From: an uncultured Candidatus Rokubacteria bacterium | GTDB taxonomy: Bacteria; Methylomirabilota; Methylomirabilia; Rokubacteriales; CSP1-6 | Direction: 5' to 3' | Assembly (NCBI GenBank): GCA_963771355.1 | Contig: CAVYTA010000005.1 | Span: forward strand, 608,001-672,000 | DNA: 64,000 bases | Part shown: piece by piece, positions 39,199 to 49,844 of the stretch | How the letters are laid out: each line of letters opens with the position of its first letter | How positions within the stretch are numbered: position 1 is the stretch's first letter | Notes under the pieces: generated by a model | What the model was told of the DNA's origin: nothing | Seen by the model: the letters and a program-made list of their open reading frames with translations, nothing else | Database searches by the model: none | Made by a program: the position numbers and the translations under genes

Positions 39199-39992
39199 GC
39201 CAGCGGATTCTCGGCAACCAGCGCGGCGAGGTCATCCCCGGCGCGACCCTGCGCACGGACACCTGGTGGCTCCTGCCCGCCACCGTGGTCATCGTGCTGG
39301 GCGCCTTCATCGTGTACTCCACGTGGGCCGCGTTCCAGAACGCGCACTACTTCGTGGCCCCGTATCTGTCGCCGTTCTACTCGCCCTGCCTCTCGCAGTC
39401 GTGCCTGCACCCCACCTTCGGGGTGGGTCTGCCGGATATCCGGATGCCCATCATCGGCCTGGTGTCTCCGGCCTTCCTCATCCTCTGGGGCCCGGGCCTC
39501 TTCAGATTGACCTGCTACTACTATCGGAAAGCCTACTACCGCTCCTTCTGGCTCTCGCCGCCCTCCTGCGCGGTGCGGGACGCCCACGGCAGCTACGGCG
39601 GCGAGACGCGCTTCCCGCTCGTGCTCCAGAACCTCCACCGGTATGCGTGGTACGTGGCGGTGATCTTCATCGGCCTGCTCACCTGGGACGCGCTGCTCGC
39701 CTTCCGGTTCCCCGACGGCTTCGGCATCGGCGTGGGCACCCTGGTGATGTGGGTGAACGTGCTCTGCCTGGCCGGCTATACCTTCTCCTGCCACTCCTGC
39801 CGGCATCTCTGCGGCGGCAGCGTGAACGCCTTCCACAAGGCGCCCCTGCGCTACCGTCTCTGGCGCGGCATCACGAGCCTCAACGAGCGCCATCCCATGT
39901 TCGCGTGGCTCTCGCTCTTCAGCGTGGGCCTCACCGACCTCTACATCCGGCTCGTCTCCATGGGTGTCATCCGCGACCTGAGGATCCTCTAA
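39195..39992 (+). CDS. succinate dehydrogenase membrane anchor, Cys/His-rich type (resembles the mycobacterial Sdh1 anchor)
   Basis: TM protein with YLSPFYSP, FRLTCYYYRKAYYRSF, QNLHRY and SCHSCRH motifs, directly upstream of sdhA. Confidence 0.8.
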   Translation: MSQRILGNQRGEVIPGATLRTDTWWLLPATVVIVLGAFIVYSTWAAFQNAHYFVAPYLSPFYSPCLSQSCLHPTFGVGLPDIRMPIIGLVSPAFLILWGPGLFRLTCYYYRKAYYRSFWLSPPSCAVRDAHGSYGGETRFPLVLQNLHRYAWYVAVIFIGLLTWDALLAFRFPDGFGIGVGTLVMWVNVLCLAGYTFSCHSCRHLCGGSVNAFHKAPLRYRLWRGITSLNERHPMFAWLSLFSVGLTDLYIRLVSMGVIRDLRIL

Positions 39993-41788
39993 TGGATGCG
40001 TACAAGACCTACGACTACGACGTGATCGTGATCGGGGCGGGCGGAGCGGGCCTGCGCGCGGCCATCGAGGCCCACGGCCAGGGGGTGAAGGTAGCCCTCG
40101 TCTGCAAGTCGCTCCTCGGCAAGGCGCACACCGTCATGGCCGAGGGCGGCATGGCGGCGGCGATGGGCAATGTCTGGAAGGAGGACAACTGGCAGGTCCA
40201 CTTCCGGGACACCATGCGGGGCGGCAAGCTCCTCAACAACTGGCGGATGGCGGAGCTGCATGCCAAGGAGTCGCCGGAGCGCGTGCTCGAGCTGGAGGAG
40301 TGGGGGGCGCTCTTCGACCGCACCAAGGACGGCCTCATCTCCCAGCGGGACTTCGGCGGCCACCGCTACGCGCGCCTCGCGCACGTGGGCGACCGCACCG
40401 GGCTCGAGCTGATCCGGACCTTGCAGCAGCGCGTGGTCGCGCTCGGCATCGACGTCTACATGGAGTGCAATCTCCAGCGCCTGATCAAGGACGGCGACCG
40501 CGTCGCGGGCGCGGTGGGCTACTGGCGCGCCACCGGTGAGCTCGTCGCCTTCAAGAGCAAGGCGATCATCCTCTCCACCGGCGGGGTGGGCAAGGCGTGG
40601 AAGTTCACCTCGAACTCGTGGGAGTGCACCGGCGACGGGATCAGCCTCGCGCTGGACGCGGGGGCCGAGGCGATCGACCTGGAGTGCATCCAGTTCCACC
40701 CCACCGGGATGGTGTGGCCGCCCAGCGTGCGCGGCATCCTCGTCACCGAGGGCGTGCGCGGCGACGGCGGCACGCTCAAGAACTCCGAGGGCGCGCGCTT
40801 CATGTTCAACTACATCCCCGAGTTCTTCAAGAGCGAGACCGCCGATAACGAGAAGGAAGCCGACGGCTGGTACGAGGACAAGAAGAGCAATCGGCGCACG
40901 CCGGATCTCCTGCCGCGCGACGAGGTCGCGCGGGCCATCAACTCCGAGGTGAAAGCGGGGCGGGGCAGCCCGCACGGCGGGGTGTTCCTCGATATCGCCT
41001 CGCGGCGGCCGGCCGACTATATCCGGAAGCGGCTGCCCTCCATGTACCACCAGTTCAAGGAGCTGGCGGGGGTGGACATCACCAAGGAGGCGATGGAGGT
41101 GGGGCCGACCTGCCACTACCTCAACGGGGGGCTCCGAGTCGAAGCCGACAGCGCCGCGACCCGCGTGGCCGGGCTCTTTGCCGCCGGTGAGGTGGCGGGC
41201 GGGCTGCACGGTGCCAACCGGCTCGGCGGCAACTCGCTGTCCGATCTCGTGGTCTTCGGCCGTCGAGCCGGGCTCTACGCCGCGGAGTACGTCAAGTCGC
41301 TCCGGAGCAGCGGGGCGCTGGACGGCGGCCAGGTCGAGACGGCCATCCGCACCCTCCTCTCCCCCTTCGACAGCAAGGGCCGGGAGAACCCGTACGCGAT
41401 CCACGCCGACCTGCAGGAATGCATGCAGACCCTCGTCGGGATCATCCGGACCGAGGGCGAGCTCCGCAAGGCGCTCGAGGAGATTGCCGTCCTCCGGCAG
41501 CGCCTGGCGCGCGCCAAGGTGGAAGGTGGGCGCGCGTTCAATCCCGCCTGGCATCTCGCACTGGACCTGCACTCCATGCTCACGGTGTCCGAGGCGACGA
41601 CGCTGGGAGCGCTCGAGCGCAAGGAGAGCCGGGGCGGCCACACCCGGGACGACTACCCCTTCGCCGACGACCGCTACGGGACGGTCAACATGGTGATCAA
41701 GCGGAAGGACGGCGTGCTCACGGTGACGCAGGAGCCGATTCTGCCGTTGCGCGAGGATCTCAAGGCGCTGCTCCAGGAGAAGAAGTGA
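39992..41788 (+). CDS. sdhA: succinate dehydrogenase/fumarate reductase flavoprotein
   Basis: IGAGGAG, AHTVMAEGG (covalent FAD His), QFHPT, LHGANRLGGNSL and ESRGGH motifs. Confidence 0.95.
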   Translation: MDAYKTYDYDVIVIGAGGAGLRAAIEAHGQGVKVALVCKSLLGKAHTVMAEGGMAAAMGNVWKEDNWQVHFRDTMRGGKLLNNWRMAELHAKESPERVLELEEWGALFDRTKDGLISQRDFGGHRYARLAHVGDRTGLELIRTLQQRVVALGIDVYMECNLQRLIKDGDRVAGAVGYWRATGELVAFKSKAIILSTGGVGKAWKFTSNSWECTGDGISLALDAGAEAIDLECIQFHPTGMVWPPSVRGILVTEGVRGDGGTLKNSEGARFMFNYIPEFFKSETADNEKEADGWYEDKKSNRRTPDLLPRDEVARAINSEVKAGRGSPHGGVFLDIASRRPADYIRKRLPSMYHQFKELAGVDITKEAMEVGPTCHYLNGGLRVEADSAATRVAGLFAAGEVAGGLHGANRLGGNSLSDLVVFGRRAGLYAAEYVKSLRSSGALDGGQVETAIRTLLSPFDSKGRENPYAIHADLQECMQTLVGIIRTEGELRKALEEIAVLRQRLARAKVEGGRAFNPAWHLALDLHSMLTVSEATTLGALERKESRGGHTRDDYPFADDRYGTVNMVIKRKDGVLTVTQEPILPLREDLKALLQEKK

Positions 41789-42540
41789 TGGCCTCCCCCA
41801 ACGTGACGATGCGGGTGTGGCGCGGCGACGGCAAGGGCGGCGCTTTCAAGGACTACCAGGTCCCGGCGGCGGAGGGCATGGTGGTGCTGGACGTCATTCA
41901 CACGCTCCAGGCTACCCAGGCGCCCGACCTGGCCTGCCGCTGGAACTGCAAGGCGGGCAAGTGCGGATCCTGCAGCGCCGAGATCAACGGCAAGCCGCGG
42001 CTCATGTGCATGACGCGGATGGATACCTTCCAGCCGGGGGAGACGGTCACCGTCTCCCCGATCAAGGCCTTCCCGCTCGTGCGCGATCTCGTGACCGACG
42101 TCTCCTACAATTACGAGAAGGCGAGGGAGATCCCTTCCTTCAAGCCGGGGCCGAAGGAGGCGGACGGCACCCGGCGCATGTGGCAGGAGGACGTGGAGCG
42201 CAGCCAGGAGTTCCGGAAGTGCATCGAGTGCTTTCTCTGCCAGAACGTCTGCCACGTGATCCGCGACCATCCCGAGAACAAGACGCAGTTCGCGGGGCCG
42301 CGCTTCCTCATGCGCATCGCCGAGCTGGAGATGCATCCGCTCGACGTCAACGACCGGCTGGAGCTGGCGCGGACCAAGGCGGGGGTGGGCTTCTGCAATA
42401 TCACCAAGTGCTGCACCGAGGTCTGCCCGGAGCATATCCAGATCACCGACAACGCGATCATTCCCCTCAAGGAGCGCGTGGTCACCGAGAGCTACGACCC
42501 CATCGTCTGGCTCGCCCGCAAGCTGACAGGCAAAAAGTGA
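41788..42540 (+). CDS. sdhB: succinate dehydrogenase iron-sulfur subunit
   Basis: CKAGKCGSC, CIECFLCQNVC and CNITKCCTEVCP motifs. Confidence 0.95.
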   Translation: MASPNVTMRVWRGDGKGGAFKDYQVPAAEGMVVLDVIHTLQATQAPDLACRWNCKAGKCGSCSAEINGKPRLMCMTRMDTFQPGETVTVSPIKAFPLVRDLVTDVSYNYEKAREIPSFKPGPKEADGTRRMWQEDVERSQEFRKCIECFLCQNVCHVIRDHPENKTQFAGPRFLMRIAELEMHPLDVNDRLELARTKAGVGFCNITKCCTEVCPEHIQITDNAIIPLKERVVTESYDPIVWLARKLTGKK

Positions 42541-42552
42541 AGCCAAAGTCAA

Positions 42553-42636
42553 CGGACGGGAGGAGAGCGGGGGCCACTTCCACGGCAAGGTCCGCGGATT
42601 GGGGGAGAGCGGGGGCCATTTCTGGGCCCCCGCTGA
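42553..42636. repeat. intergenic palindromic REP-like element (half copy plus full hairpin)
   Basis: cggacgggaggagagcgggggcc.. followed by ggggagAGCGGGGGCC-atttctg-GGCCCCCGCTga. Matches the element at 4935-5045 in the opposite orientation. Confidence 0.85.
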
Positions 42637-42667
42637 CGGCGAAGGTTGCCGAGCGGAGCGAGGCCCG

Positions 42668-43840
42668 GTGAAAATCCACGAATACCAGGGCAAGGCCATC
42701 CTGAAGGAGTTCGGCGTGCCGGTGCCGAACGGCGAGGTGGCCGACGCCCCGGCCCAGGCGCGCGCCATCGCCGAGCGGCTCGGCGGCAAGGTGGTGGTCA
42801 AGGCCCAGGTGCACGCGGGCGGCCGGGGCAAGGGCGGCGGGGTCAAGCTCGCCGACGATCCCGCCGGCGCGGAGGCGGCGGCGAAGCAGATCCTCGGCAT
42901 GATGCTCAAGACGCCGCAGACTCCGCCCGAGGGCATCCGGGTCCTCAAGGTGCTGGTGGAGGAAGCCTCGCCCATCGCCGGCGAGCTTTACCTCTCCATC
43001 ACGCTGGACCGCGCCCGCGGCGCGCATGCGGTGATGGCCTCGCAGTCGGGCGGCATGGACATCGAGGAAGTGGCGGCTGCCCATCCCGAGAAGATCATTC
43101 GCGAGTGGGCCGACCCCGCGCTCGGGCTCCAGGCCTTCCAGGCGCGCAACCTCGCCTATGGCCTGGGTCTCGCCGGGGACCAGTTCAAGGCCGGGGTGAG
43201 CCTCATCCTGGCCCTCTTCCGCGCTTACCTCGCCAAGGATTGCTCGCTGGCGGAGATCAACCCGTTGGTGGTCACGCGCGACGGTCGCGTGCTCGCGCTG
43301 GACGCCAAGCTCAATTTCGATGACAACGCACTCTTCCGCCATCCCGAGATCGTGGCCCTCCGCGACCTCAACGAGGAAGCCCCGCTGGACGTGGAGGCCT
43401 CGAAGTTCGGCCTCAACTACATCAAGCTCGACGGCGAGGTGGGCTGCATGGTCAACGGCGCCGGGCTGGCCATGGCCACCATGGACATCGTCAAGCTCGC
43501 GGGGGGCGCGCCCGCCAACTTCCTCGACGTGGGCGGCGGGGCCTCGCCGGAGCAGATCGAGGCCGCCTTCAAGATCCTGTCCTCCGACCCGTCGGTGAAG
43601 TCGGTATTCATCAACGTCTTCGGCGGCATCCTGCGCTGCGACCGGCTGGCCGAGGGCCTCATCAGCGCAGTGAAGAAGCTCGGGCTCAAGATCCCGGTGG
43701 TGGTCCGGATGGAAGGCACCAACGTGGAGATCGCCCGGACGATGCTGGCGGAGTCGGGGCTCAACTTCACCAGCGCCGACGACATGGGCTCGGGGGCCGA
43801 GAAGGCGGTGGCCCTGGCCCGGACGGCGCGGCAGCCATGA
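42668..43840 (+). CDS. sucC: succinyl-CoA synthetase beta subunit
   Basis: [27 protein letters not shown] and [11 protein letters not shown] motifs. Confidence 0.96.
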   Translation: MKIHEYQGKAILKEFGVPVPNGEVADAPAQARAIAERLGGKVVVKAQVHAGGRGKGGGVKLADDPAGAEAAAKQILGMMLKTPQTPPEGIRVLKVLVEEASPIAGELYLSITLDRARGAHAVMASQSGGMDIEEVAAAHPEKIIREWADPALGLQAFQARNLAYGLGLAGDQFKAGVSLILALFRAYLAKDCSLAEINPLVVTRDGRVLALDAKLNFDDNALFRHPEIVALRDLNEEAPLDVEASKFGLNYIKLDGEVGCMVNGAGLAMATMDIVKLAGGAPANFLDVGGGASPEQIEAAFKILSSDPSVKSVFINVFGGILRCDRLAEGLISAVKKLGLKIPVVVRMEGTNVEIARTMLAESGLNFTSADDMGSGAEKAVALARTARQP

Positions 43841-44712
43841 GCATCCTCGTCGACAAGAGCACCAAGGTGTTCGTGCAGGGGATCACCGGCAAGGAAGGCT
43901 CCTTCCATGCCGCGCGCTGCAAGGAATACGGTACCCAGGTGGTGGGCGGGGTCACGCCGGGCAAGGGCGGCACCACCCACGAGGGCTTCCCCGTGTGGAA
44001 TACCGTCGCCGACTGCGTGAAGGCCACCGGCGCGGACTGCGCGCTCATCTTCGTGCCGCCGCCCGCCGCCGCCGACGCCATCATGGAGTCGGCCGCCGCC
44101 GGCGTGCCGCTGGTGGTGTGCATCACCGAGGGCGTGCCCGTGACCGACATGGTGCGGACGCGCGCCTTCCTCGCGGGCACGCGGAGCCGTCTCATCGGGC
44201 CCAATTGCCCCGGTCTCATCACGCCCGGCCAGGCCAAGATCGGCATCATGCCCGGGCACATCCACAAGGTGGGCTCGGCGGGGGTGGTATCGCGCAGCGG
44301 CACGCTGACCTATGAGGTGGTGCACCAGCTCAGCCAGCGCGGCATCGGCCAGTCCTCGTGCGTGGGCATCGGCGGCGATCCCGTGAACGGGACCAACTTC
44401 ATCGACGTCCTGCGCCTCTTCCAGGCCGATCCCCGGACCGAGATCATCATGATGATCGGGGAGATCGGGGGTAGCGCCGAGGAGGAGGCCGCCGCTTTCG
44501 TGAAGCAGCATGTAACGAAACCAGTGGTGGGCTTCATCTGCGGCCAGACTGCGCCGCCCGGCCGCCGCATGGGCCACGCCGGCGCCATCATCGCGGGCGG
44601 CAAGGGTACCGCCGCCGAGAAGATGAAGGCGATGGAAGCCGCCGGCATCACCACCGTCAAGAGCCCCGCGGACATGGGCGCCACCGTCGCCCGCGTCCTC
44701 GGCAAGAAATAG
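43837..44712 (+). CDS. sucD: succinyl-CoA synthetase alpha subunit
   Basis: [20 protein letters not shown] and MGHAGA motifs. Confidence 0.96.
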   Translation: MSILVDKSTKVFVQGITGKEGSFHAARCKEYGTQVVGGVTPGKGGTTHEGFPVWNTVADCVKATGADCALIFVPPPAAADAIMESAAAGVPLVVCITEGVPVTDMVRTRAFLAGTRSRLIGPNCPGLITPGQAKIGIMPGHIHKVGSAGVVSRSGTLTYEVVHQLSQRGIGQSSCVGIGGDPVNGTNFIDVLRLFQADPRTEIIMMIGEIGGSAEEEAAAFVKQHVTKPVVGFICGQTAPPGRRMGHAGAIIAGGKGTAAEKMKAMEAAGITTVKSPADMGATVARVLGKK

Positions 44713-44719
44713 GGGACCC

Positions 44720-45145
44720 ATGGCCATCGAGCGCACGCTCACCATCATCAAGCCGGACGCCGTCGCCAAGGGCGCGACCGGCCAGATCATCGCCCGCTTC
44801 GAGACGGCGGGACTCAGGGTGCTGGCCGCCAAGCTCGTCCACCTGAGCGCGGAGCAGGCGGGCGGGTTCTACGCGGTCCACAAGGCGCGGCCCTTCTTCG
44901 CGAGCCTCTGCGCTTTCATGACCGAGGGGCCGTGCCTGCCCATGGTGCTGGAGGGCGAGGGCGCGATCCTCCGCCTGCGCGATCTGATGGGAGCCACCGA
45001 TCCCGCCAAGGCGGCGGCGGGGACCATTCGAAAGGATTTCGCGGCCTCGATCGAGGCCAACGCCGTGCACGGGTCGGACTCGCCCGAGTCGGCCGCCTTC
45101 GAGATCCCGTACTTCTTCAGCGCCCTGGAGATCCACCCGAGATAG
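44720..45145 (+). CDS. ndk: nucleoside diphosphate kinase
   Basis: [11 protein letters not shown] and NAVHGSDS motifs. Confidence 0.96.
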   Translation: MAIERTLTIIKPDAVAKGATGQIIARFETAGLRVLAAKLVHLSAEQAGGFYAVHKARPFFASLCAFMTEGPCLPMVLEGEGAILRLRDLMGATDPAKAAAGTIRKDFAASIEANAVHGSDSPESAAFEIPYFFSALEIHPR

Positions 45146-45690
45146 CTACGCGCGCGGGACGGGACGAGGACCTGTTCTTCCCCGCCACGCTGGGGACCCG
45201 CCAGCGCATCCTGGCGGGGATCTTCGCCCTGGGTCTCGGGGTAGCCGTGCCGTTCGCGCTGTCGGTATTCCTCGTCGCCACCACCAGCGATCCTCTCTTC
45301 GTGATCTTCCCGCTGCCCTTCCTGGGCCTGATGTGGACGCTGCAGGGGCTGGCGCCCGCCGGCTACACCCTCGAGGCGCGCGGCATTCGCCTCGAGCGGC
45401 GCTGGCTGTCGCGGCGGCTGCCGTATTCGGCGATCCGCTCGGTGGACCGGACGCCACGTCCCATCGGCGGCCTCCTGGCGCTCGGGCTCAACGGGCTCTT
45501 CGGCTCGCACGGCCTCCGCTGGAACCCGCGCAGCGGGCTCCACTATCTCGCCATCACCAATACCTCCGACCTCGTCTATCTTGAGACCAGCCGCGGGCTG
45601 GTGGTCATCTCGCCCACGAAACCCGACGATCTCGTGACGGCGCTCCGGGCCCGCCTGCCCGCGGCGCGGGGAGGAGAGGCTCCATGCTGA
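45142..45690 (+). CDS. membrane protein with a bacterial PH-like domain; start codon uncertain
   Basis: Two TM helices, then [26 protein letters not shown]. Fills the gap between ndk and the LLM gene. Confidence 0.65.
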   Translation: MATRAGRDEDLFFPATLGTRQRILAGIFALGLGVAVPFALSVFLVATTSDPLFVIFPLPFLGLMWTLQGLAPAGYTLEARGIRLERRWLSRRLPYSAIRSVDRTPRPIGGLLALGLNGLFGSHGLRWNPRSGLHYLAITNTSDLVYLETSRGLVVISPTKPDDLVTALRARLPAARGGEAPC

Positions 45691-46613
45691 GCTCGCGCAT
45701 TCCCCTGGCGGTGGCCATCCCGCAGACCTTTCTCGACGGGCGCGTGGACCCGGCGCGCCTCCGCCGCGTTCTCGGGCGCGCCGAGGCCCTCGGCTTCTCC
45801 GGGGCCTGGGTGGTGGAGCAGGTGATGGGAACGGCGGCGAGCCTCGAGCCCATCGAGTGCCTCACCTACGCGGCCGCGGTGACGGAGCGGATGCGTCTGG
45901 GCGTGGCGGTGCTGCTCACCGCGCTGCGCAGCCCGATCCACACCGCCAAGAGCCTGGCCTCCCTCGATCAGCTGAGTGGGGGCCGGCTCGACGTGGGCGT
46001 GGGGCTGGGGGGACAGCCCGCCGTCTACCCGGCCTTCGGGCTCACGCCGGAGCGGCGCGCCGCGCGCTTCGGGGAAGGTATTCGGGTAATCAAGCGGCTC
46101 TGGACCGAGTCGCGGGTGACCTTCGCGGGCGATTTCTATCGGCTCGACGGCGTGGACATGGAGCCGAAACCCCTCCAGCGCCCGCACCCGCCCCTCTGGT
46201 TCGGCGCGCACCACCCCAACGCCCTCCGGCGCGCGGTGGAGCTGGGCGACGCCTTCATGGGCGCGGGCTCGGCCTCGACGGCGGCCTTCGCCGAGCAGGT
46301 GACCGTGCTCCGCCGACATCTGGAAGCGGCGCGCCGCGACCCCGCGACCTTTCCCGTGGCCAAGCGCGTCTACGTGGCCCTCGACGCCGATCGCGCCCGC
46401 GCCGGCCGCCGGCTCGCGGAGTGGTTCGGCGCCTTCTACCGGCGTCCCGAGCTCGCGCACGAGGTGTCGGTGTGGGGCTCGGTGGACGAGGTGGCGGACG
46501 GCCTTCGCGCGGTCACCGCGGCGGGGGCCGGCATGCTGCTGCTCAATCCCGTCTTCGACGAGGAGGAGCAGCTCGAGCGGCTCGCCGCCGACCTCGCGCC
46601 GCGGCTCCGATGA
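45684..46613 (+). CDS. luciferase-like (LLM) flavin-dependent oxidoreductase
   Basis: AEALGF..WV.EQ, LDQLSGGRL..GVG and PKPLQRPHPP motifs. Confidence 0.9.
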   Translation: MLSSRIPLAVAIPQTFLDGRVDPARLRRVLGRAEALGFSGAWVVEQVMGTAASLEPIECLTYAAAVTERMRLGVAVLLTALRSPIHTAKSLASLDQLSGGRLDVGVGLGGQPAVYPAFGLTPERRAARFGEGIRVIKRLWTESRVTFAGDFYRLDGVDMEPKPLQRPHPPLWFGAHHPNALRRAVELGDAFMGAGSASTAAFAEQVTVLRRHLEAARRDPATFPVAKRVYVALDADRARAGRRLAEWFGAFYRRPELAHEVSVWGSVDEVADGLRAVTAAGAGMLLLNPVFDEEEQLERLAADLAPRLR

Positions 46614-48172
46614 CCGTCGCGCAGTCCGTCCCCGAGCGCTTCAACGCCGCCGCCTTCTTCCTCGACCGGCACCTCGCCGAAGGGCGCGGTGACCGCACCG
46701 CCTTTCGTCATCGGGGCCGGCACGTCACCTATGCGGAGGTGGCCGCGCGGGCGAGCCGCGCGGCGGGCGCGCTGCGCGCGCGGGGGGTGGAGATCGAGCA
46801 GCGTGTGCTGCTCGCGCTGCCCGATGGCCCGGAGTTCGCAGAGGCCTTCTGGGGGGCCATCCGCATCGGGGCGGTGCCGGTGCCGCTGGACCCGGCCTCG
46901 CGCGCGGAGGAGTGCGCGTTCTTCGTGGAGGACAGCCGCGCGCGGGCGGTGGTGACGCACCCGGGGGCGGCGGCGGAGTTCCTCGCCGCCTCCGCGCGCG
47001 GCCCGCGCCGCCCGCCCGTGCTGGCGGTGGGCGTGGCGCCGCCCGGCGCCGAGTCGTATGAGGACGCGCTCGCCGCCGCCCTCCCGGTGCCCGAGCCCGC
47101 CGACACCACCCGCGACGACGTCGCGCTCTGGGGCTACACCTCCGGCTCCACCGGACGGCCCAAGGCCGCCGTGCACCGCCAGCACGATCTCGTGTACGCC
47201 GCCGAGCGGGTGGGGCGCGACGTCTTCGGCATCGGGCCGGACGATTGCATCCTCTCCGCCTCCAAGCTCTTCTTCGCCTTCGGTCTCGGCAACTCGCTCT
47301 ACTTTCCCGCCCTCACCGGCGCCGCCTCCCTCCTCGTTCCCGAGCGGCTCGATCCCGAGCAGTTGCTCGCCCTCGTGACCGCCGAGCGGCCGACGCATCT
47401 CTTCGCGGTGGCCACCGTGTACGCGCGTCTCCTCCAGGTGCCCGAGGCCGCGCGGCGCTTCGATCTGGGCTCGCTGCGCATGTGCGTCTCCTCCGGCGAA
47501 CCGCTGCCGGCGGCGGTGTTCCAGGGCTGGCGAGAGCGGTTCGGTCTCGAGCTGCTCGACGTGGTGGGCTCCACCGAGGCGCTGCACGATTACCTGGCCA
47601 ATCGGCCCGGGGCGGCGCGCGCGGGCTCCAGTGGGCAGGTGATCCCGGGCTTCGAGGCGCGGCTGGTGGACGGCGAGGGACGGCCCGTGCTGCCCGGCGC
47701 CACCGGCGAGCTATGGATCAAGGGCGAGTCCACCGCCGCCTGCTACTGGAACCGTCACGAGCAGAGCCGGCGCACCATGCAGGGGGAGTGGCTGCGAACC
47801 GGTGACATGTTCTACCAGGACACCGACGGCTATTTCTACTTCCAGGGCCGCGACGACGACATGCTGAAGGTGGGCGGGGTCTGGGTGTCGCCGGTCGAGG
47901 TGGAGGCCTGTCTGGCCGAGCATCCCGCGGTGCTCGAGGCCGGGGTGATCGGCCGCCGGGACGCGAGCGGCCTCATCCGCGCCCACGCCTTCTGCGTGCT
48001 CAAGGACGGCGCCGTCGGGGATGCCGCGCTTTCCGCCGCGCTCACCGAGCACGTGCGCCGCCGGCTCGCCGGCTACAAGGCGCCCCGCTGGATCGACTTC
48101 GTCGCCGCGCTGCCCACGACGCCCACCGGCAAGATCCAGCGCTTCCGCCTCCGCGCGGCGGGGGCGCGATGA
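46610..48172 (+). CDS. benzoate-CoA ligase family acyl-CoA synthetase
   Basis: FNAA..FLDR, YTSGSTGRPK, SKLFFAFGLGN, GSTE, TGD and TGKIQRF motifs. Confidence 0.88.
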   Translation: MTVAQSVPERFNAAAFFLDRHLAEGRGDRTAFRHRGRHVTYAEVAARASRAAGALRARGVEIEQRVLLALPDGPEFAEAFWGAIRIGAVPVPLDPASRAEECAFFVEDSRARAVVTHPGAAAEFLAASARGPRRPPVLAVGVAPPGAESYEDALAAALPVPEPADTTRDDVALWGYTSGSTGRPKAAVHRQHDLVYAAERVGRDVFGIGPDDCILSASKLFFAFGLGNSLYFPALTGAASLLVPERLDPEQLLALVTAERPTHLFAVATVYARLLQVPEAARRFDLGSLRMCVSSGEPLPAAVFQGWRERFGLELLDVVGSTEALHDYLANRPGAARAGSSGQVIPGFEARLVDGEGRPVLPGATGELWIKGESTAACYWNRHEQSRRTMQGEWLRTGDMFYQDTDGYFYFQGRDDDMLKVGGVWVSPVEVEACLAEHPAVLEAGVIGRRDASGLIRAHAFCVLKDGAVGDAALSAALTEHVRRRLAGYKAPRWIDFVAALPTTPTGKIQRFRLRAAGAR

Positions 48173-48196
48173 CGGCCGCCCGGTGACGGGGGCCGC

Positions 48197-48979
48197 GTGC
48201 AGGTGATCGTCGATCGGCTGGCCAAGCGCTATCAGGACCGGCGTGGCCGGGACGTGATCGCGCTGGAGGACGTCTCCTTCTCCGCCGCGTCGGAGGAGTT
48301 CCTGGCCATCCTGGGTCCCTCGGGCTGCGGCAAGTCCACCCTGCTCGGCCTCGTCGCCGGGCTCCTGCCCGCCAGCGCGGGGGAGATCTTCTTCGAGGGC
48401 GAGCGGAGGGCGGGCCAGCCGCTCACCGCGACGGTGTTCCAGGAGTTCGCGCTCTTTCCCTGGCGCACCGCCCAGGCCAATGTCGAGCTGGGCCTCGAGG
48501 AGCTGGGGCTGCCCGCGGCGGAGCGGGCGGCGCGCGCCCGCCGGCACATCGAGCAGATGGGCCTCCGCGGCTTCGAGGACAAGTACCCGCATCAGCTCTC
48601 GGGCGGCATGCGGCAGCGCGTGGGTATCGCGCGCGCGCTCGCGGTGAACCCGGCGGTGCTGCTGATGGACGAGCCCTTCTCCGCGCTCGATGCGCAGACC
48701 CGCACCCTCATGATGGAGGAGCTGCTCGCCCTCTGGGAGCGGACGCGCAAGACCATCCTCTACGTCACGCACAATATCCAGGAGGCGGTGTTCATGGCCG
48801 ATCGCGTGGTCGTCCTCTCGCGGCGGCCGGGGCGGGTGCTGGACACGGTGGTGATCGACCTGCCGCGGCCGCGCACCGAGGCCATGCTGGGGGAGCCCGC
48901 CTTCGTGCGGGCGGCCGACCGCATCTGGAAGCTGATCCGGACGCAGGCCGAGGCCGCGCTCCTCGAGGGCGGCCCATGA
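48197..48979 (+). CDS. ABC ATPase, NitT/TauT (SsuB/TauB-like) family
   Basis: GPSGCGKST, LSGGMRQR and MDEPFSALD motifs. Confidence 0.92.
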   Translation: MQVIVDRLAKRYQDRRGRDVIALEDVSFSAASEEFLAILGPSGCGKSTLLGLVAGLLPASAGEIFFEGERRAGQPLTATVFQEFALFPWRTAQANVELGLEELGLPAAERAARARRHIEQMGLRGFEDKYPHQLSGGMRQRVGIARALAVNPAVLLMDEPFSALDAQTRTLMMEELLALWERTRKTILYVTHNIQEAVFMADRVVVLSRRPGRVLDTVVIDLPRPRTEAMLGEPAFVRAADRIWKLIRTQAEAALLEGGP

Positions 48980-49773
48980 CGGCCACGCGGCTGACGGTGG
49001 AGAACCGGACGCGCTTCCTCGTGCGGCGCGAGTACCGGCCGCTGCGAGTGGCTGCCCTCGTCGGGATCGTGGTGATCTGGGAGGCGCTGAGCCGCTCCGG
49101 CTGGGTGTCGGCCCTCTTCCTGCCTTCGCCGCTGGGCGTGCTCGCCGAGGGCGTGGACATGGCACGCTCGGGCGAGCTGGCGGTGCACGTGGCGGCCAGC
49201 CTCAAGCGGCTGGTGACCGGCTTCGTGGTAGGCGGCGCCGCGGGCATCGCGGTGGGCATCGCGGTCGGCTTCTTCTCCGTGGCCGAGGCCCTGGGCACGC
49301 CGGTGATCGCCGCCACCTTCCCCATTCCCAAGATCGCGCTGCTGCCCCTCCTCATCCTCTGGCTGGGGATCGGCGAGACCTCCAAGATCGCGGTGATCGC
49401 GCTGGGGGTGTTCTTTCCCCTCGCGCTGAATACCTATGCCGGCGTGCGCCAGGCCGACCCGCTGCTCATCCGCGCCGCGGTGTCCTTCGGCGCCGGGCGC
49501 TGGAGCGTGATCCGCAAGGTGGTGCTCCCTGCGTCGCTGCCCATGGTCTTCGCCGGCCTCAAGCTCGGCGCGGGCACGGCGCTCCTCCTGCTCGTCGCCG
49601 CGGAGATGATCGCGGTGGAGTCCGGCATCGGCTTCCTGGTGTTGCACGCGGCCAACCTGATGGCGACCACCAAGCTCATGGTCGGCATCGTGCTCCTCTC
49701 GCTGTTGGGGATCCTGTCCCACTGGGCGCTGACGGGCCTGGAGCGGCTGCTCATCCCCTGGCGCGAGCGGTGA
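48976..49773 (+). CDS. ABC permease, NitT/TauT family
   Basis: LPSP, IPKIALLPL..WLGIGE and AAEM motifs. Confidence 0.92.
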   Translation: MTATRLTVENRTRFLVRREYRPLRVAALVGIVVIWEALSRSGWVSALFLPSPLGVLAEGVDMARSGELAVHVAASLKRLVTGFVVGGAAGIAVGIAVGFFSVAEALGTPVIAATFPIPKIALLPLLILWLGIGETSKIAVIALGVFFPLALNTYAGVRQADPLLIRAAVSFGAGRWSVIRKVVLPASLPMVFAGLKLGAGTALLLLVAAEMIAVESGIGFLVLHAANLMATTKLMVGIVLLSLLGILSHWALTGLERLLIPWRER

Positions 49774-49844
49774 CGGAGACGGAGCCGATGGGATGGCGGG
49801 GTCGCTGTGATAGGTTAAGCGCCACTCTCGTCAAAGGAGACGCC

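Noticed and set aside
46610..48172. Complete benzoate degradation pathway
   Set aside because: Only a ligase-family gene is present; no box, bcr or bad genes are in the window, so the substrate cannot be assigned.
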